42,694 nt of DNA. It comes from a virus (taxonomy: Duplodnaviria; Heunggongvirae; Uroviricota; Caudoviricetes). A model generated the notes under the pieces. That model worked only from the letters and a program-made list of their open reading frames with translations, was not told where the DNA came from and searched no databases. The DNA is taken from positions 1 through 42,694 of IMG/VR virus record IMGVR_UViG_2690316224_000012, one strand, 5' to 3'. Numbering within the stretch: the first letter of the stretch is position 1; each line of letters begins with the position of its first letter. The translations under genes were made by a program, and so were the position numbers. Shown here piece by piece: positions 8,743-16,539 of this stretch.

Positions 8743-9035
8743 TCACCTCCCAGAGCCTTGCTGATTGCTGCAAGACCTTTATTAACAGATCCATACCATT
8801 CTTGATATGTTGTCGTTGTTCTATTTTTGGATTGCTTAAGTAATAACTGAAGTGCTTCGAGAAGGTCAGGTGCTGCCGCTATTAAATTGGCATCTTCAAT
8901 ACATTGAACTTCCTCACAGATTGCAATATACGAACGCCAGCCTGCGCCATTTTCAAGTGAGTCTGCCTGGATTATTTTAATCTCATCGCCATCCATCATT
9001 ATTTCCCACTTACCTTCAGTACCTTTAAATTCCAT
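8739..9035 (-). CDS. Hypothetical protein (98 aa)
   Basis: Track start is TTG at 9059; ATG at 9035 (MEFKGTEGKW...) has a GAGG SD 5 nt upstream. Confidence 0.5.
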   Translation of the reverse strand: MEFKGTEGKWEIMMDGDEIKIIQADSLENGAGWRSYIAICEEVQCIEDANLIAAAPDLLEALQLLLKQSKNRTTTTYQEWYGSVNKGLAAISKALGGE

Positions 9036-9082
9036 GTTAGCCTCTGTTGTTAGTGCCAAAAATAAAGGCCGACTATGCGGCC

Positions 9083-9265
9083 TCAGAATGGGTTGTATCC
9101 ATGTTTAAAGGCGAAATCGTATGCCTCACCCTTAGTGCTGAAGTATTCATAATCAGCAAATCCATCACGATAAAACTTGCAGCACCAATGAGGCGGAATG
9201 CCATCCTCAGGACCATAGTTTTGATGGAAAACATCCTCGACGATTATATTTTCATCTTTTCCCAT
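9083..9265 (-). CDS. Hypothetical protein (60 aa)
   Basis: ORF with GAGGTG SD. Confidence 0.5.
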   Translation of the reverse strand: MGKDENIIVEDVFHQNYGPEDGIPPHWCCKFYRDGFADYEYFSTKGEAYDFAFKHGYNPF

Positions 9266-9319
9266 ATCTCACCTCAAATAAGTGGTTTGCTGCGAAAGTA
9301 AATACGCTTAAGTTACCTG

Positions 9320-9457
9320 TTATTTATCCCACCAAGTTCCGTATCTATCTATCCAGTTACACCAATCATCGACACTCCATTTTGTTGTGTCGCATTTTGG
9401 CAACTGGCATGAATATCTACCTTCTTTGTAAAGTCGGCGTTTGACTTTCTTGAGCAT
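9320..9457 (-). CDS. Hypothetical Cys/Trp-rich small protein (45 aa)
   Basis: Sub-threshold ORF MLKKVKRRLYKEGRYSCQLPKCDTTKWSVDDWCNWIDRYGTWWDK with GAGGTG SD 4 nt upstream. Confidence 0.3.
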   Translation of the reverse strand: MLKKVKRRLYKEGRYSCQLPKCDTTKWSVDDWCNWIDRYGTWWDK

Positions 9458-9643
9458 GGCTCACCTCAATCGTAATAAGCTGGAATTGATTTTCCGCGTT
9501 GCTTCTGGCGGCCTGAGCAAGTCACACCCATTCCACTGCGTGGTTTGCGGTAGTAAAGATTGTGCCTGTCTTTTAACCACATCAGGCTCGGTGGTTCTCG
9601 TGTACCCCTACAGCGAGGAAAATAGTAAAATCCTCTCACCCCC

Positions 9644-10006
9644 TTATTTTGTCAGGGGGATATCTCCTTCAGTTCTGACCATTCGACTTAATACTTTCCT
9701 TAAGTCGATGTAAAGTTGAAGGTCTCCATTTGCTGCGGCATCAGCCATTTTTTGCCTGACAAGCAGTAATGTTTCATACGGCTCAATAAGAATATCGTCA
9801 TGAGTAATTAGGTGAAGCGTTGCCGCATCAACTATTCCTAGAGCTGCGCCAAGTATCAAAAATTCCCTGCTATTTTTGTCGCATGAGGAGATAAGCGTAT
9901 TTAGCGCATACCTAATATTCTTTATAGCTGTTGTTAATGCTGCAATTTCTTCTATGGCGTCTTCTTCAATGAGCTTTTTAAGCTCATATTTTTCTTCCTG
10001 ACCCAT
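9644..10006 (-). CDS. Hypothetical protein downstream of N (120 aa)
   Basis: Track ORF overlaps the N-like gene; internal ATG at 10006 (MGQEEKYEL...) has a GAGGT SD and abuts the N stop. Confidence 0.5.
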   Translation of the reverse strand: MGQEEKYELKKLIEEDAIEEIAALTTAIKNIRYALNTLISSCDKNSREFLILGAALGIVDAATLHLITHDDILIEPYETLLLVRQKMADAAANGDLQLYIDLRKVLSRMVRTEGDIPLTK

Positions 10007-10008
10007 AA

Positions 10009-10281
10009 TTACCTCGCCGTCAATTGTTTTGATTTCCGGTAGCCTGCCGCGTAAACGGCTACGTTTGGCAGGCAAATACTTCCACTGCATTCATCTGCCT
10101 TCTTGCAGCGAAGGCTTCCGAGTGAAGCTGCTTTGTCTGCTCTGACGCAACCAGAGAGCTTTAGCGCAATTTTTCGCGCCAGTCGCTGCTCTTGCATTGC
10201 CTGTTCACGTTGAGCCTGTCTGCGTGCTCTGCGGCGATTTCTGGCGTTATCGTCAGCCAGATATGTAATGACTACTGTCAT
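10009..10281 (-). CDS. N-like transcription antitermination protein (P22 gp24-like)
   Basis: Arg-rich N-terminal motif (NARNRRRARRQAQRE); C-terminus VAVYAAGYRKSKQLTAR resembles P22 gp24; first gene after pL/nutL; GGAGGT SD. Confidence 0.65.
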   Translation of the reverse strand: MTVVITYLADDNARNRRRARRQAQREQAMQEQRLARKIALKLSGCVRADKAASLGSLRCKKADECSGSICLPNVAVYAAGYRKSKQLTAR

Positions 10282-10307
10282 GTTGACCTCCGATGATTGA
10301 CTTTGGC

Positions 10308-10366
10308 GGTGACGCGCCGGGTGCTTATCTTCCGGTTGCCGTCGTGCAGCTGCACTTCACGTCACC
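10308..10366 (-). other. Structured element in the N-gene leader
   Basis: Inverted repeat GGTGACG (10308..10314) / CGTCACC (10360..10366) enclosing the 12-bp perfect palindrome GTGCAGCTGCAC (10344..10355). Confidence 0.3.
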
Positions 10367-10639
10367 CCAAAGCCAACTACTCTTTGACTCACACTCTCGC
10401 AGTGAGCGCGCTCATGCCCTTGAGTCTCTGTCGCTTATTAGCCGCTGATAACCGGTGCGCGTCTGGCATTCGCGCTGCCTTTCCGGAGCATGTTCCCTTA
10501 TTTACCCTCACATCGGTCTGCTAAACCTGCTCGCCATTACGCGACTCGGGGCAGCATCATTACTGCTGCATTGCCTTTCGGCTGCGGTCTAACCGCGTTA
10601 GTGCACCATTACGGCACCTCCTGTTTGGTTAAACTCAGT

Positions 10640-10680
10640 TCCCGCATTTCGGCGGGACAATCCCATCAATGTTAAAGAGC
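10640..10680 (-). promoter_or_regulatory. nutL (boxA-like GCTCTTTAA plus boxB hairpin)
   Basis: Minus-sense TCCCGCCGAAATGCGGGA (10640..10657) is identical to the hairpin after cro; boxA-like GGCTCTTTAA 14 nt upstream (10672..10680). Confidence 0.6.
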
Positions 10681-10728
10681 CTGCCAATCTGTTCCGTTTG
10701 GCTACCAGCGTCCTGCTGATGGCTAAAG

Positions 10729-10813
10729 AATACTGTAGGTATTTTATTGTGTAAATACCCAAGGTATTTATTTTTGGTGAAATAATGATAAGCAAATGAA
10801 TACAAAGGATATT
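10729..10813. promoter_or_regulatory. OL operators and leftward promoter pL
   Basis: Three sites AATAC-N5-GTATT at 10729..10743, 10754..10768 and 10799..10813 (third AATACAAAGGATATT); same half-sites as at OR; minus-strand -35 TTTACA / -10 TATTCT overlap two of them. Confidence 0.55.
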
Positions 10814-10899
10814 TATTTTTTCGGTGTCTGCTTGTTCAGTGCTTTTTATGCGGGATATGTGAAGTGGATCCCGATAGCTATTGCTGCCGGGATTATGGG

Positions 10900-11289
10900 T
10901 TAGTCAGCGAAGGTTAAGACGAGAATTACCTTAATGATGTCTGCTACAACAGACACGGCCATAGATAAACCAAAGACGATCCAAGCCATAGAGATGTCTT
11001 CACTACCATCGTATAGAGTTCCGTAATCACTGGTGTAAGGCGTAAATGTCGCGCCTTGATACAACAAGTATAAGCTTGATCCATAGAGGATAAATGCAGA
11101 TATCCCTTGTATTGCTATGATCACTAGAATCATGAAACGAGCTGATCTATGCGCCCAAGCCTGGCTTATTTTTTCTGATAGAGATTTCGCAATAAAAGCA
11201 TGCGCTAAGCCGTAAATTGTCGAGATTGCCAACATCCCAAAAAAGCTTGCTATAGCGGTTCCAACCATAATCGCCCCTTGCGTGATCAA
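10900..11289 (-). CDS. Small integral membrane protein in the lysogenic (cI) operon, rexAB-position
   Basis: 129 aa, about three predicted TM segments; start overlaps the cI stop by 4 bp, so it is co-transcribed with the repressor; lies between cI and OL exactly where lambda carries rexA/rexB. Confidence 0.6.
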   Translation of the reverse strand: MITQGAIMVGTAIASFFGMLAISTIYGLAHAFIAKSLSEKISQAWAHRSARFMILVIIAIQGISAFILYGSSLYLLYQGATFTPYTSDYGTLYDGSEDISMAWIVFGLSMAVSVVADIIKVILVLTFAD

Positions 11290-12002
11290 ACCAGCCTTAG
11301 TTTTGTCTCAATTGCAACGCCTATAATCTTGCAGTTTCCATTGATTGGCACGAGAGGCCATGCAGGATTAAGTCCCTTGAGGTATTTATTTCCGCCGTCG
11401 ATTATCAGCTTCTTGAATGTTGCTTCGTTAGAGTCAGAAAGTTTTGCTATGACCAAGCTGCCGTTGATCGCCTCCCTTCCGGTATCGAAAAGAACGAATG
11501 TTCCCTCTGGAATGCTTAACCCAACCGGTGCCGTCATTGAATCACCTTCCACTTTAAGCCAGAACGCATTACCTTGAATATGCGCGTCAGACTCAAGCCA
11601 AACATCTATGTCTTTAATGGTGTATGGTTCGCATGCTTCACACCACGAGCCAGCCTGGATACTGCTTAACACCGGATACCTCTTTCCTGCTCTGTATTCC
11701 CCTGCATACCTTACGTTGGCATCGCTCTTAAGGCTTTCTGCCTGTTCTGCAACCTTGGCAGCAATTGACTGGCTAAAATCAGCAATTGAGACTTGCAACA
11801 GCCGTGCAAAACCAGATGCAACCTCAACGTTTAGCGCGTTTCTGCCATTAAGATAATGCCCTACCGCTCCTTGGGTGATACCCAGTTCATCAGCGATTGA
11901 GTATTGGGTTATTCCCAATTCTTTCTTTTTTGACTCATACAAAGCCTTAAGCCGCTTAGCGTCTTCGAGCTGTTCTGTCGTCAGTGATTTTTTATTTTCC
12001 AT
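11286..12002 (-). CDS. cI: CI-type prophage repressor (HTH plus S24 LexA-like autopeptidase domain)
   Basis: 238 aa; N-terminal HTH (ITQYSIADELGITQGAVGHYLNG); Ala-Gly site (SIQAGSW); Ser/Lys dyad motifs GDSM and FKKL; divergent from cro across the operators. Confidence 0.9.
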   Translation of the reverse strand: MENKKSLTTEQLEDAKRLKALYESKKKELGITQYSIADELGITQGAVGHYLNGRNALNVEVASGFARLLQVSIADFSQSIAAKVAEQAESLKSDANVRYAGEYRAGKRYPVLSSIQAGSWCEACEPYTIKDIDVWLESDAHIQGNAFWLKVEGDSMTAPVGLSIPEGTFVLFDTGREAINGSLVIAKLSDSNEATFKKLIIDGGNKYLKGLNPAWPLVPINGNCKIIGVAIETKLRLV

Positions 12003-12037
12003 AGCTTAATTCTAATAGCTAAGGTACTTAAACTAAA

Positions 12038-12079
12038 AATACCCTGAGTATTGATTGCTTTGAATACCTGTAGTATTCT
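12038..12079. promoter_or_regulatory. OR operators and rightward promoter pR
   Basis: AATACCCTGAGTATT (12038..12052) and AATACCTGTAGTATT (12063..12077), 25 bp apart; -35 TTGATT (12051..12056), 17-bp spacer, -10 TATTCT (12074..12079). Confidence 0.6.
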
Positions 12080-12108
12080 TTGTTCATGGTTAATAACGGA
12101 GAGTGCAT

Positions 12109-12303
12109 ATGATTCGAATGACACTTGCCGATTACGCCAAAATCCATGGACAGGCTAAAGCAGCCAGTGACTTTGGTGTAATCCAGTGCGCTATCAGCAA
12201 GGCCATTCTGGCAGGTCGTAACATTATGGTTACGGTAAAGCCTGATGGCAGTGTGATTGGAGAGGAAGTTCGTCCTTTCCCAAGCAACAAGAAAAACAAA
12301 TAG
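12109..12303 (+). CDS. cro: Cro repressor
   Basis: Track ORF begins with GTG at 12103; ATG at 12109 has GGAGAG SD; protein resembles lambda Cro (...[19 protein letters not shown] vs ...DGSVYAEEVKPFPSNKK). Confidence 0.85.
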   Translation: MIRMTLADYAKIHGQAKAASDFGVIQCAISKAILAGRNIMVTVKPDGSVIGEEVRPFPSNKKNK

Positions 12304-12309
12304 TAACAC

Positions 12310-12353
12310 CGCTCTTTAACAGTCATGGTCCTCATTCCCGCCGAAATGCGGGA
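12310..12353 (+). promoter_or_regulatory. nutR (boxA CGCTCTTTA plus boxB hairpin)
   Basis: boxA CGCTCTTTA at 12310..12318, then 17 nt downstream the hairpin TCCCGCCGAAATGCGGGA (12336..12353), immediately after the cro stop. Confidence 0.6.
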
Positions 12354-12360
12354 ATACAAC

Positions 12361-12393
12361 GCGCATAAGTTGATGCGCATAACTTCTTATTAG
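12361..12393 (+). terminator. tR1-like hairpin between nutR and cII
   Basis: GCGCAT-AAGTTG-ATGCGC perfect 6-bp stem followed by a U-containing stretch (ATAACTTCTTATT). Confidence 0.3.
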
Positions 12394-12411
12394 TTAAGGA
12401 AATACTTACAT

Positions 12412-12690
12412 ATGCAACTTACAAGTACTCGCAAGAAAGCGAATGCAATTACAAGCAACATCCTGAATCGAATTGCTGTACGTGGTCAGCGAAAGGTTGC
12501 CGACGCGTTAGGGATTAATGAATCGCAAATTTCGCGATGGAAAGACAGCTTCATCCCCAAAATGGGAATGCTTCTTGCTGTTCTTGAATGGGGTGTTGAA
12601 GACGAGGAGTTGGCGGAACTGGCTAAGAAAGTAGCCAGAATGCTGACAAAAGAAAAAGCCCCGAAGAACGGCGAATTCTTCGAGGCCTGA
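12412..12690 (+). CDS. cII: CII transcriptional activator
   Basis: Resembles lambda CII (...SQISRWK...IPKMGMLLAVLEWGVEDEELAELAKKVA... vs ...SQISRWKRDWIPKFSMLLAVLEWGVVDDDMARLARQVA). Confidence 0.8.
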   Translation: MQLTSTRKKANAITSNILNRIAVRGQRKVADALGINESQISRWKDSFIPKMGMLLAVLEWGVEDEELAELAKKVARMLTKEKAPKNGEFFEA

Positions 12691-12724
12691 TGTAGAAAGA
12701 CTGGATCAATCCACAGGAGTAATT

Positions 12725-12886
12725 ATGACAAAACGTCGTAAGAAATACCAGGAAAAAGAAGAGATTCGACACCCTGATTCACCTGAGGGATTAGTGGTAG
12801 CCGCAGCAAATAACAGGGCGTTCGCAGAGCGCCTTGTTGGTGTTTACAGACTAGCCAAAGCAGGAGTGAAACATGGGCGTCGTTAA
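12725..12886 (+). CDS. Hypothetical small basic protein (53 aa)
   Basis: Sub-threshold ORF with GGAG SD; overlaps the start of the replication gene, so it could instead be a leader or translational-coupling element. Confidence 0.3.
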   Translation: MTKRRKKYQEKEEIRHPDSPEGLVVAAANNRAFAERLVGVYRLAKAGVKHGRR

Positions 12887-13763
12887 GTTAGCTGATTACA
12901 GGCATAACCCTGTACAACATCAGGAGGCATCCAGTATGGGGTATGCCTTTATACACCGCCAGTTTATGGACAGCAGGCTCTATAAGGACTCTCAGGCAGT
13001 ACATCTTTGGCTTCACTTAATCCTCAAGGCTAATCACGAATCTACTGTCGTCAATACGGATATCGGTCCGATAACTGTTGATCGCGGTCAGATGATAACT
13101 GGACGCCCGTCGCTGGTCAGAGAAACATTCATCCCCGACAACAAAGTTCGGAGCTTATTACGGACTTTTGAGTCGAAGGGGATGCTTAATATTTGCTCGA
13201 TGGGGAAGAAATTTAGCCTGTTTACAATCGTTAAATATGACGATTTTCAGGCAAAAAATTGTCCAACGGTTGTCCAACGGTTGTCCAACGCAAACACCAG
13301 TAATGGCGCGGCTCTCAGCGGAGATTGTCCAACGGTTGTCCAACGGTTGTCCATAAACAATAATATAAATAATATCTCTAATACTGACGTATTAGAGAGT
13401 GCCACAGCAGACAAAAAGTCTGACAAGAAAAAACCTTCCGTCAGCTGTCAGGATGTTGTCGATGCTTACCACGAAATCCTTCCTGAAGCGCCAAGAATCC
13501 GCGCACTGAATGACAAGCGTAAAAACCAGATCCGAACGTTCTGGCGCAAAGCCGGAGTGATAACCCGCCAGCTTGACGGGCATGGGTTCACGATGCAGGA
13601 CTGGAGAAATTATTTGAGCTACGTAGGCGAAAATTGCCGATGGATGTTCGAAGAACGCCCAAACCATCAACGCGGAACCGTCTGGCACAAAAAGGGATTT
13701 GACTTCCTGCTTAACGACAATACCTACCTGAAAGTTCGTGAGGGTGAACACGATGACCGATAA
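12873..13763 (+). CDS. Replication initiation protein (lambda O-like, iteron-containing)
   Basis: 296 aa immediately upstream of the helicase gene; AGGAG SD; origin iterons lie within its coding sequence, as in lambda O. Confidence 0.7.
   Translation: MGVVKLADYRHNPVQHQEASSMGYAFIHRQFMDSRLYKDSQAVHLWLHLILKANHESTVVNTDIGPITVDRGQMITGRPSLVRETFIPDNKVRSLLRTFESKGMLNICSMGKKFSLFTIVKYDDFQAKNCPTVVQRLSNANTSNGAALSGDCPTVVQRLSINNNINNISNTDVLESATADKKSDKKKPSVSCQDVVDAYHEILPEAPRIRALNDKRKNQIRTFWRKAGVITRQLDGHGFTMQDWRNYLSYVGENCRWMFEERPNHQRGTVWHKKGFDFLLNDNTYLKVREGEHDDR
13259..13383. repeat. Replication origin: two clusters of three 11-bp iterons (TTGTCCAACGG) plus AT-rich tract
   Basis: TTGTCCAACGG x3 at 13259..13291 and x3 (last partial) at 13325..13354, followed by an AT-rich stretch at 13355..13383. 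Confidence 0.7.
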
Positions 13764-15189
13764 TTTTTATGCGCCGCCCCATAGCATCGAGGCAGAGCAG
13801 GCGGTTATTGGTGGATTGCTTCTGGATGATGACAGCAGTGAGCGCGTCCGGAAAGTTCTGGCGATGCTGAAGCCTGATTCATTTTACAGCCGACCACACA
13901 AAATCCTTTTCGAAGAAATAACCAGAATGCACCGGGAGCAAAAGCCAGTAGATGGGCTGACGCTTTTCGATGAACTGGAGCGCAAATCGTTAACGGCGTC
14001 TGTTGGCGGTTTTGCTTATATCGCTGAGATCGCAAAGAACACGCCAAGCGCAGCAAACATCGTTGCCTATGCAATGCAGGTTCGTGAAACCGCAATGGAA
14101 CGCTACGCCATCAACCGCATGACTGAAGCGACGGAATTGCTCTATTCCCGCAACGGAATGACTGCAACGCAGAAGTACGAAGCTATTCAGGCGATTTTCA
14201 CGCAACTGACAGACCATGCAAAAACCGGATCGCGTCGCGGCCTTCGCTCATTTGGTGAGGTCATGGAAGACTGGGTTAGCGACCTTGAGAAGCGATTTGA
14301 CCCGTCAGGTGAACAACGAGGAATGAGCACAGGGCTCCCATCGCTGGACAGGATGTTGTCACCGAAAGGTCTGGTGAAAGGCTCTCTGTTTGTCATTGGC
14401 GCTCGCCCTAAGATGGGGAAAACGACGCTATACAGCCAGATGGCAATCAACTGCGCAGTGCATGAGAAAAAGCCCGCTCTGATGTTCAGCCTTGAAATGC
14501 CCGGTGACCAGATACTGGAAAAACTGGTAGGACAGAAGTCAGGTGTTAACCCGAATATTTTTTACCTTCCGGCGACAAATGACGCTGATGACGGCTATCA
14601 GGGTGATTACGATGGTGACTTCAACAGGGCGATCGAAACAGCAAATCGCTTGAGTGAAATCGACCTGCTTTACATCGACGACACGCCGGGATTATCTCTG
14701 GCTCAAATCGTCAGCGAAAGCCGTCGAATCAAGCGAGAAAAAGGATGTGTTGGCATGATTCTGGTCGATTACCTGACACTAATGACCGCTGAGAAGGCCG
14801 ATCGCAACGACCTTGCTTACGGCATGATCACCAAAGGACTGAAGAACCTTGCCAAAGAGCTTGATTGCGTTGTTGTGCTTCTGACGCAGCTTAACCGCGC
14901 ACTGGAAAGCCGAACCAATAAACGCCCACTACCAAGTGACTCACGAGATACAGGGCAGATTGAACAGGATTGCGATTATTGGGTGGGGATCCATCGTGAA
15001 GGTGCTTTTGATGACAGTGTTCCACCTGGTGAAACCGAACTAATCCTTCGTCTCAATCGTCATGGCAATACCGGCACGGTGTATTGCATTCAGGCAAATG
15101 GCGCTATTTATGACACAGACCAACAGTCTGCTGAAATGCGCCGCCGTGAACGCGAGGAACCGCAGTCCAAGAAGAAAGGAGGATTCTGA
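13753..15189 (+). CDS. Replicative DNA helicase (DnaB family, P22 gp12-type)
   Basis: N-terminal DnaB-like domain (IEAEQAVIGGLL); Walker A GARPKMGKTT; ATG at 13753 with GAGGGTG SD overlaps the initiator stop. Confidence 0.85.
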   Translation: MTDNFYAPPHSIEAEQAVIGGLLLDDDSSERVRKVLAMLKPDSFYSRPHKILFEEITRMHREQKPVDGLTLFDELERKSLTASVGGFAYIAEIAKNTPSAANIVAYAMQVRETAMERYAINRMTEATELLYSRNGMTATQKYEAIQAIFTQLTDHAKTGSRRGLRSFGEVMEDWVSDLEKRFDPSGEQRGMSTGLPSLDRMLSPKGLVKGSLFVIGARPKMGKTTLYSQMAINCAVHEKKPALMFSLEMPGDQILEKLVGQKSGVNPNIFYLPATNDADDGYQGDYDGDFNRAIETANRLSEIDLLYIDDTPGLSLAQIVSESRRIKREKGCVGMILVDYLTLMTAEKADRNDLAYGMITKGLKNLAKELDCVVVLLTQLNRALESRTNKRPLPSDSRDTGQIEQDCDYWVGIHREGAFDDSVPPGETELILRLNRHGNTGTVYCIQANGAIYDTDQQSAEMRRREREEPQSKKKGGF

Positions 15190-15264
15190 TGACCATCTAC
15201 ATCACTGAGCTAATAACAGGCCTGCTGGTAATCGCAGGCCTTTTTATTTGGGGGAGAGTAAATC

Positions 15265-15471
15265 GTGGCTGAGTTTATGCTCGTCGCATTCAAATGCGTT
15301 GGCGTTGGATGGATTCTTCTGACGTTTTTTATTGTTCTGCGTAGCTACATTCGTCTTGTGAATGACGGCAAAGACCCATGGTATACGTTGTTTGGCGCTG
15401 CATTTGTCTGGGTGATTATCGGTGTTATGCCTGTTGTCGTAGCAAAAATGGCGTGGCGTTTTGTGAGTTGA
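15265..15471 (+). CDS. Small hydrophobic membrane protein (68 aa)
   Basis: GTG start with GGAGAG SD; two predicted TM helices. Confidence 0.45.
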   Translation: MAEFMLVAFKCVGVGWILLTFFIVLRSYIRLVNDGKDPWYTLFGAAFVWVIIGVMPVVVAKMAWRFVS

Positions 15472-15488
15472 ACTGAGGGTAAGTATCG

Positions 15489-15752
15489 ATGGACGAATCA
15501 AGAAAGCAGTTTGAAGAATGGTTTGAAAATTACACCGGATGTGATCCTAAAAATAAAATATACGCCAATATGGTTGAGATGTATTGGCAAGCGTGGCAGG
15601 CATCGCGAGCAGCTATCGAGATTGAGCTGCAAAAGCCAAAGAAAGGCCCACTTCCCGGTGATTATCACATTGGCTATGACTCAGGTGCAGAATCGCAATA
15701 CGAAAGCGATGTAGAGGCTATCCGCGCCGCTGGAATCAAAGTGAAGGAGTGA
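15489..15752 (+). CDS. Hypothetical nin-region protein, paralog A
   Basis: First 36 nt identical to the gene at 16210; shared internal motif WQASRAAIE. Confidence 0.6.
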   Translation: MDESRKQFEEWFENYTGCDPKNKIYANMVEMYWQAWQASRAAIEIELQKPKKGPLPGDYHIGYDSGAESQYESDVEAIRAAGIKVKE

Positions 15753-15754
15753 GC

Positions 15755-15940
15755 ATGAGTCGACGAAGTAGCTTTTTGGGGTTTGTAATATTCCTGTTCT
15801 GCACTGGTTACATCGTAATCTGGTCAATTTCGAACATTGACCGTGGCGGGGAATATCTCATTGTAATGTTCTTTCCTTTGTTTCTTGGGTGGTACGCCGC
15901 AAGGTTGCTGGAAGAATGGGGTTACAGGCATAAAAAATAA
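15755..15940 (+). CDS. Small hydrophobic membrane protein (61 aa)
   Basis: ATG at 15755 with AAGGAG SD; two predicted TM helices. Confidence 0.45.
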   Translation: MSRRSSFLGFVIFLFCTGYIVIWSISNIDRGGEYLIVMFFPLFLGWYAARLLEEWGYRHKK

Positions 15941-15999
15941 AGGAGTGTTCAGTGAAGCAAACCCTTTTTTATTGGATTAAGAGCGAGTGGTAAGTACCG

Positions 16000-16182
16000 A
16001 TGGTAAATGCATTTATTTGTAGTTTATTTCTTGTCGCGATTTTTCATGGATTCCTTCTGATGATGAGTTTTGTTCTCTGGAATAATGGATATCGCATATT
16101 GGGAGTAGGTTTTGTTTTACGGTTTTCAGTTGTCTGCGCGTTGCTACCGATAATTATGGCGACTATCAAATATTATTGGTAA
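16000..16182 (+). CDS. Small hydrophobic membrane protein (60 aa)
   Basis: ORF with two predicted TM helices; weak SD. Confidence 0.4.
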   Translation: MVNAFICSLFLVAIFHGFLLMMSFVLWNNGYRILGVGFVLRFSVVCALLPIIMATIKYYW

Positions 16183-16209
16183 CCCAAAAAATCATCGATG
16201 GAGAGTGAT

Positions 16210-16539
16210 ATGGACGAATCAAGAAAGCAGTTTGAAGAATGGTTTAAAAACAAATATCACGTTTCAAGTGACGTGATGAAGATTATGCACATCAAGGTCG
16301 AGATTGCATGGGAGGCATGGCAGGCATCGCGAGCAGCTATTGAACTGGATATCGACTGGCCCGAATCGAATGACGACTTTTGGAAAGATGGTGAAGAAGG
16401 TGCTTATGCGATGGGTTATGAGGATGGGAGAGACAAAACGGTAATTGCAGTAATGAAAGCTATCAGATCCGCTGGAATTAAAGAGAAGAATTTCGATGAA
16501 GCAAATATACATGCTTCGCAACGAAGCAATCAGAAATAA
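16210..16539 (+). CDS. Hypothetical nin-region protein, paralog B
   Basis: ATG at 16210 with GGAGAG SD; N-terminus MDESRKQFEEWF identical to paralog A. Confidence 0.6.
   Translation: MDESRKQFEEWFKNKYHVSSDVMKIMHIKVEIAWEAWQASRAAIELDIDWPESNDDFWKDGEEGAYAMGYEDGRDKTVIAVMKAIRSAGIKEKNFDEANIHASQRSNQK

Noticed and set aside
9441-9713. Plus-strand 90-aa ORF in the early-left region
   Set aside because: Opposite strand to the surrounding operon, low-complexity translation; a GC hairpin at the end of the minus-strand gene explains the local structure.
10297-10795. Track ORFs 10297..10524 (+), 10490..10675 (+) and 10598..10795 (-)
   Set aside because: They lie in the pL/nutL/N-leader regulatory region, have no SD, low-complexity translations and overlap the operators and nut site; treated as non-coding.
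13259-13354. Short tandem repeats as a possible CRISPR array
   Set aside because: 11-bp period with no unique spacers, and located inside the replication initiator gene; these are origin iterons.
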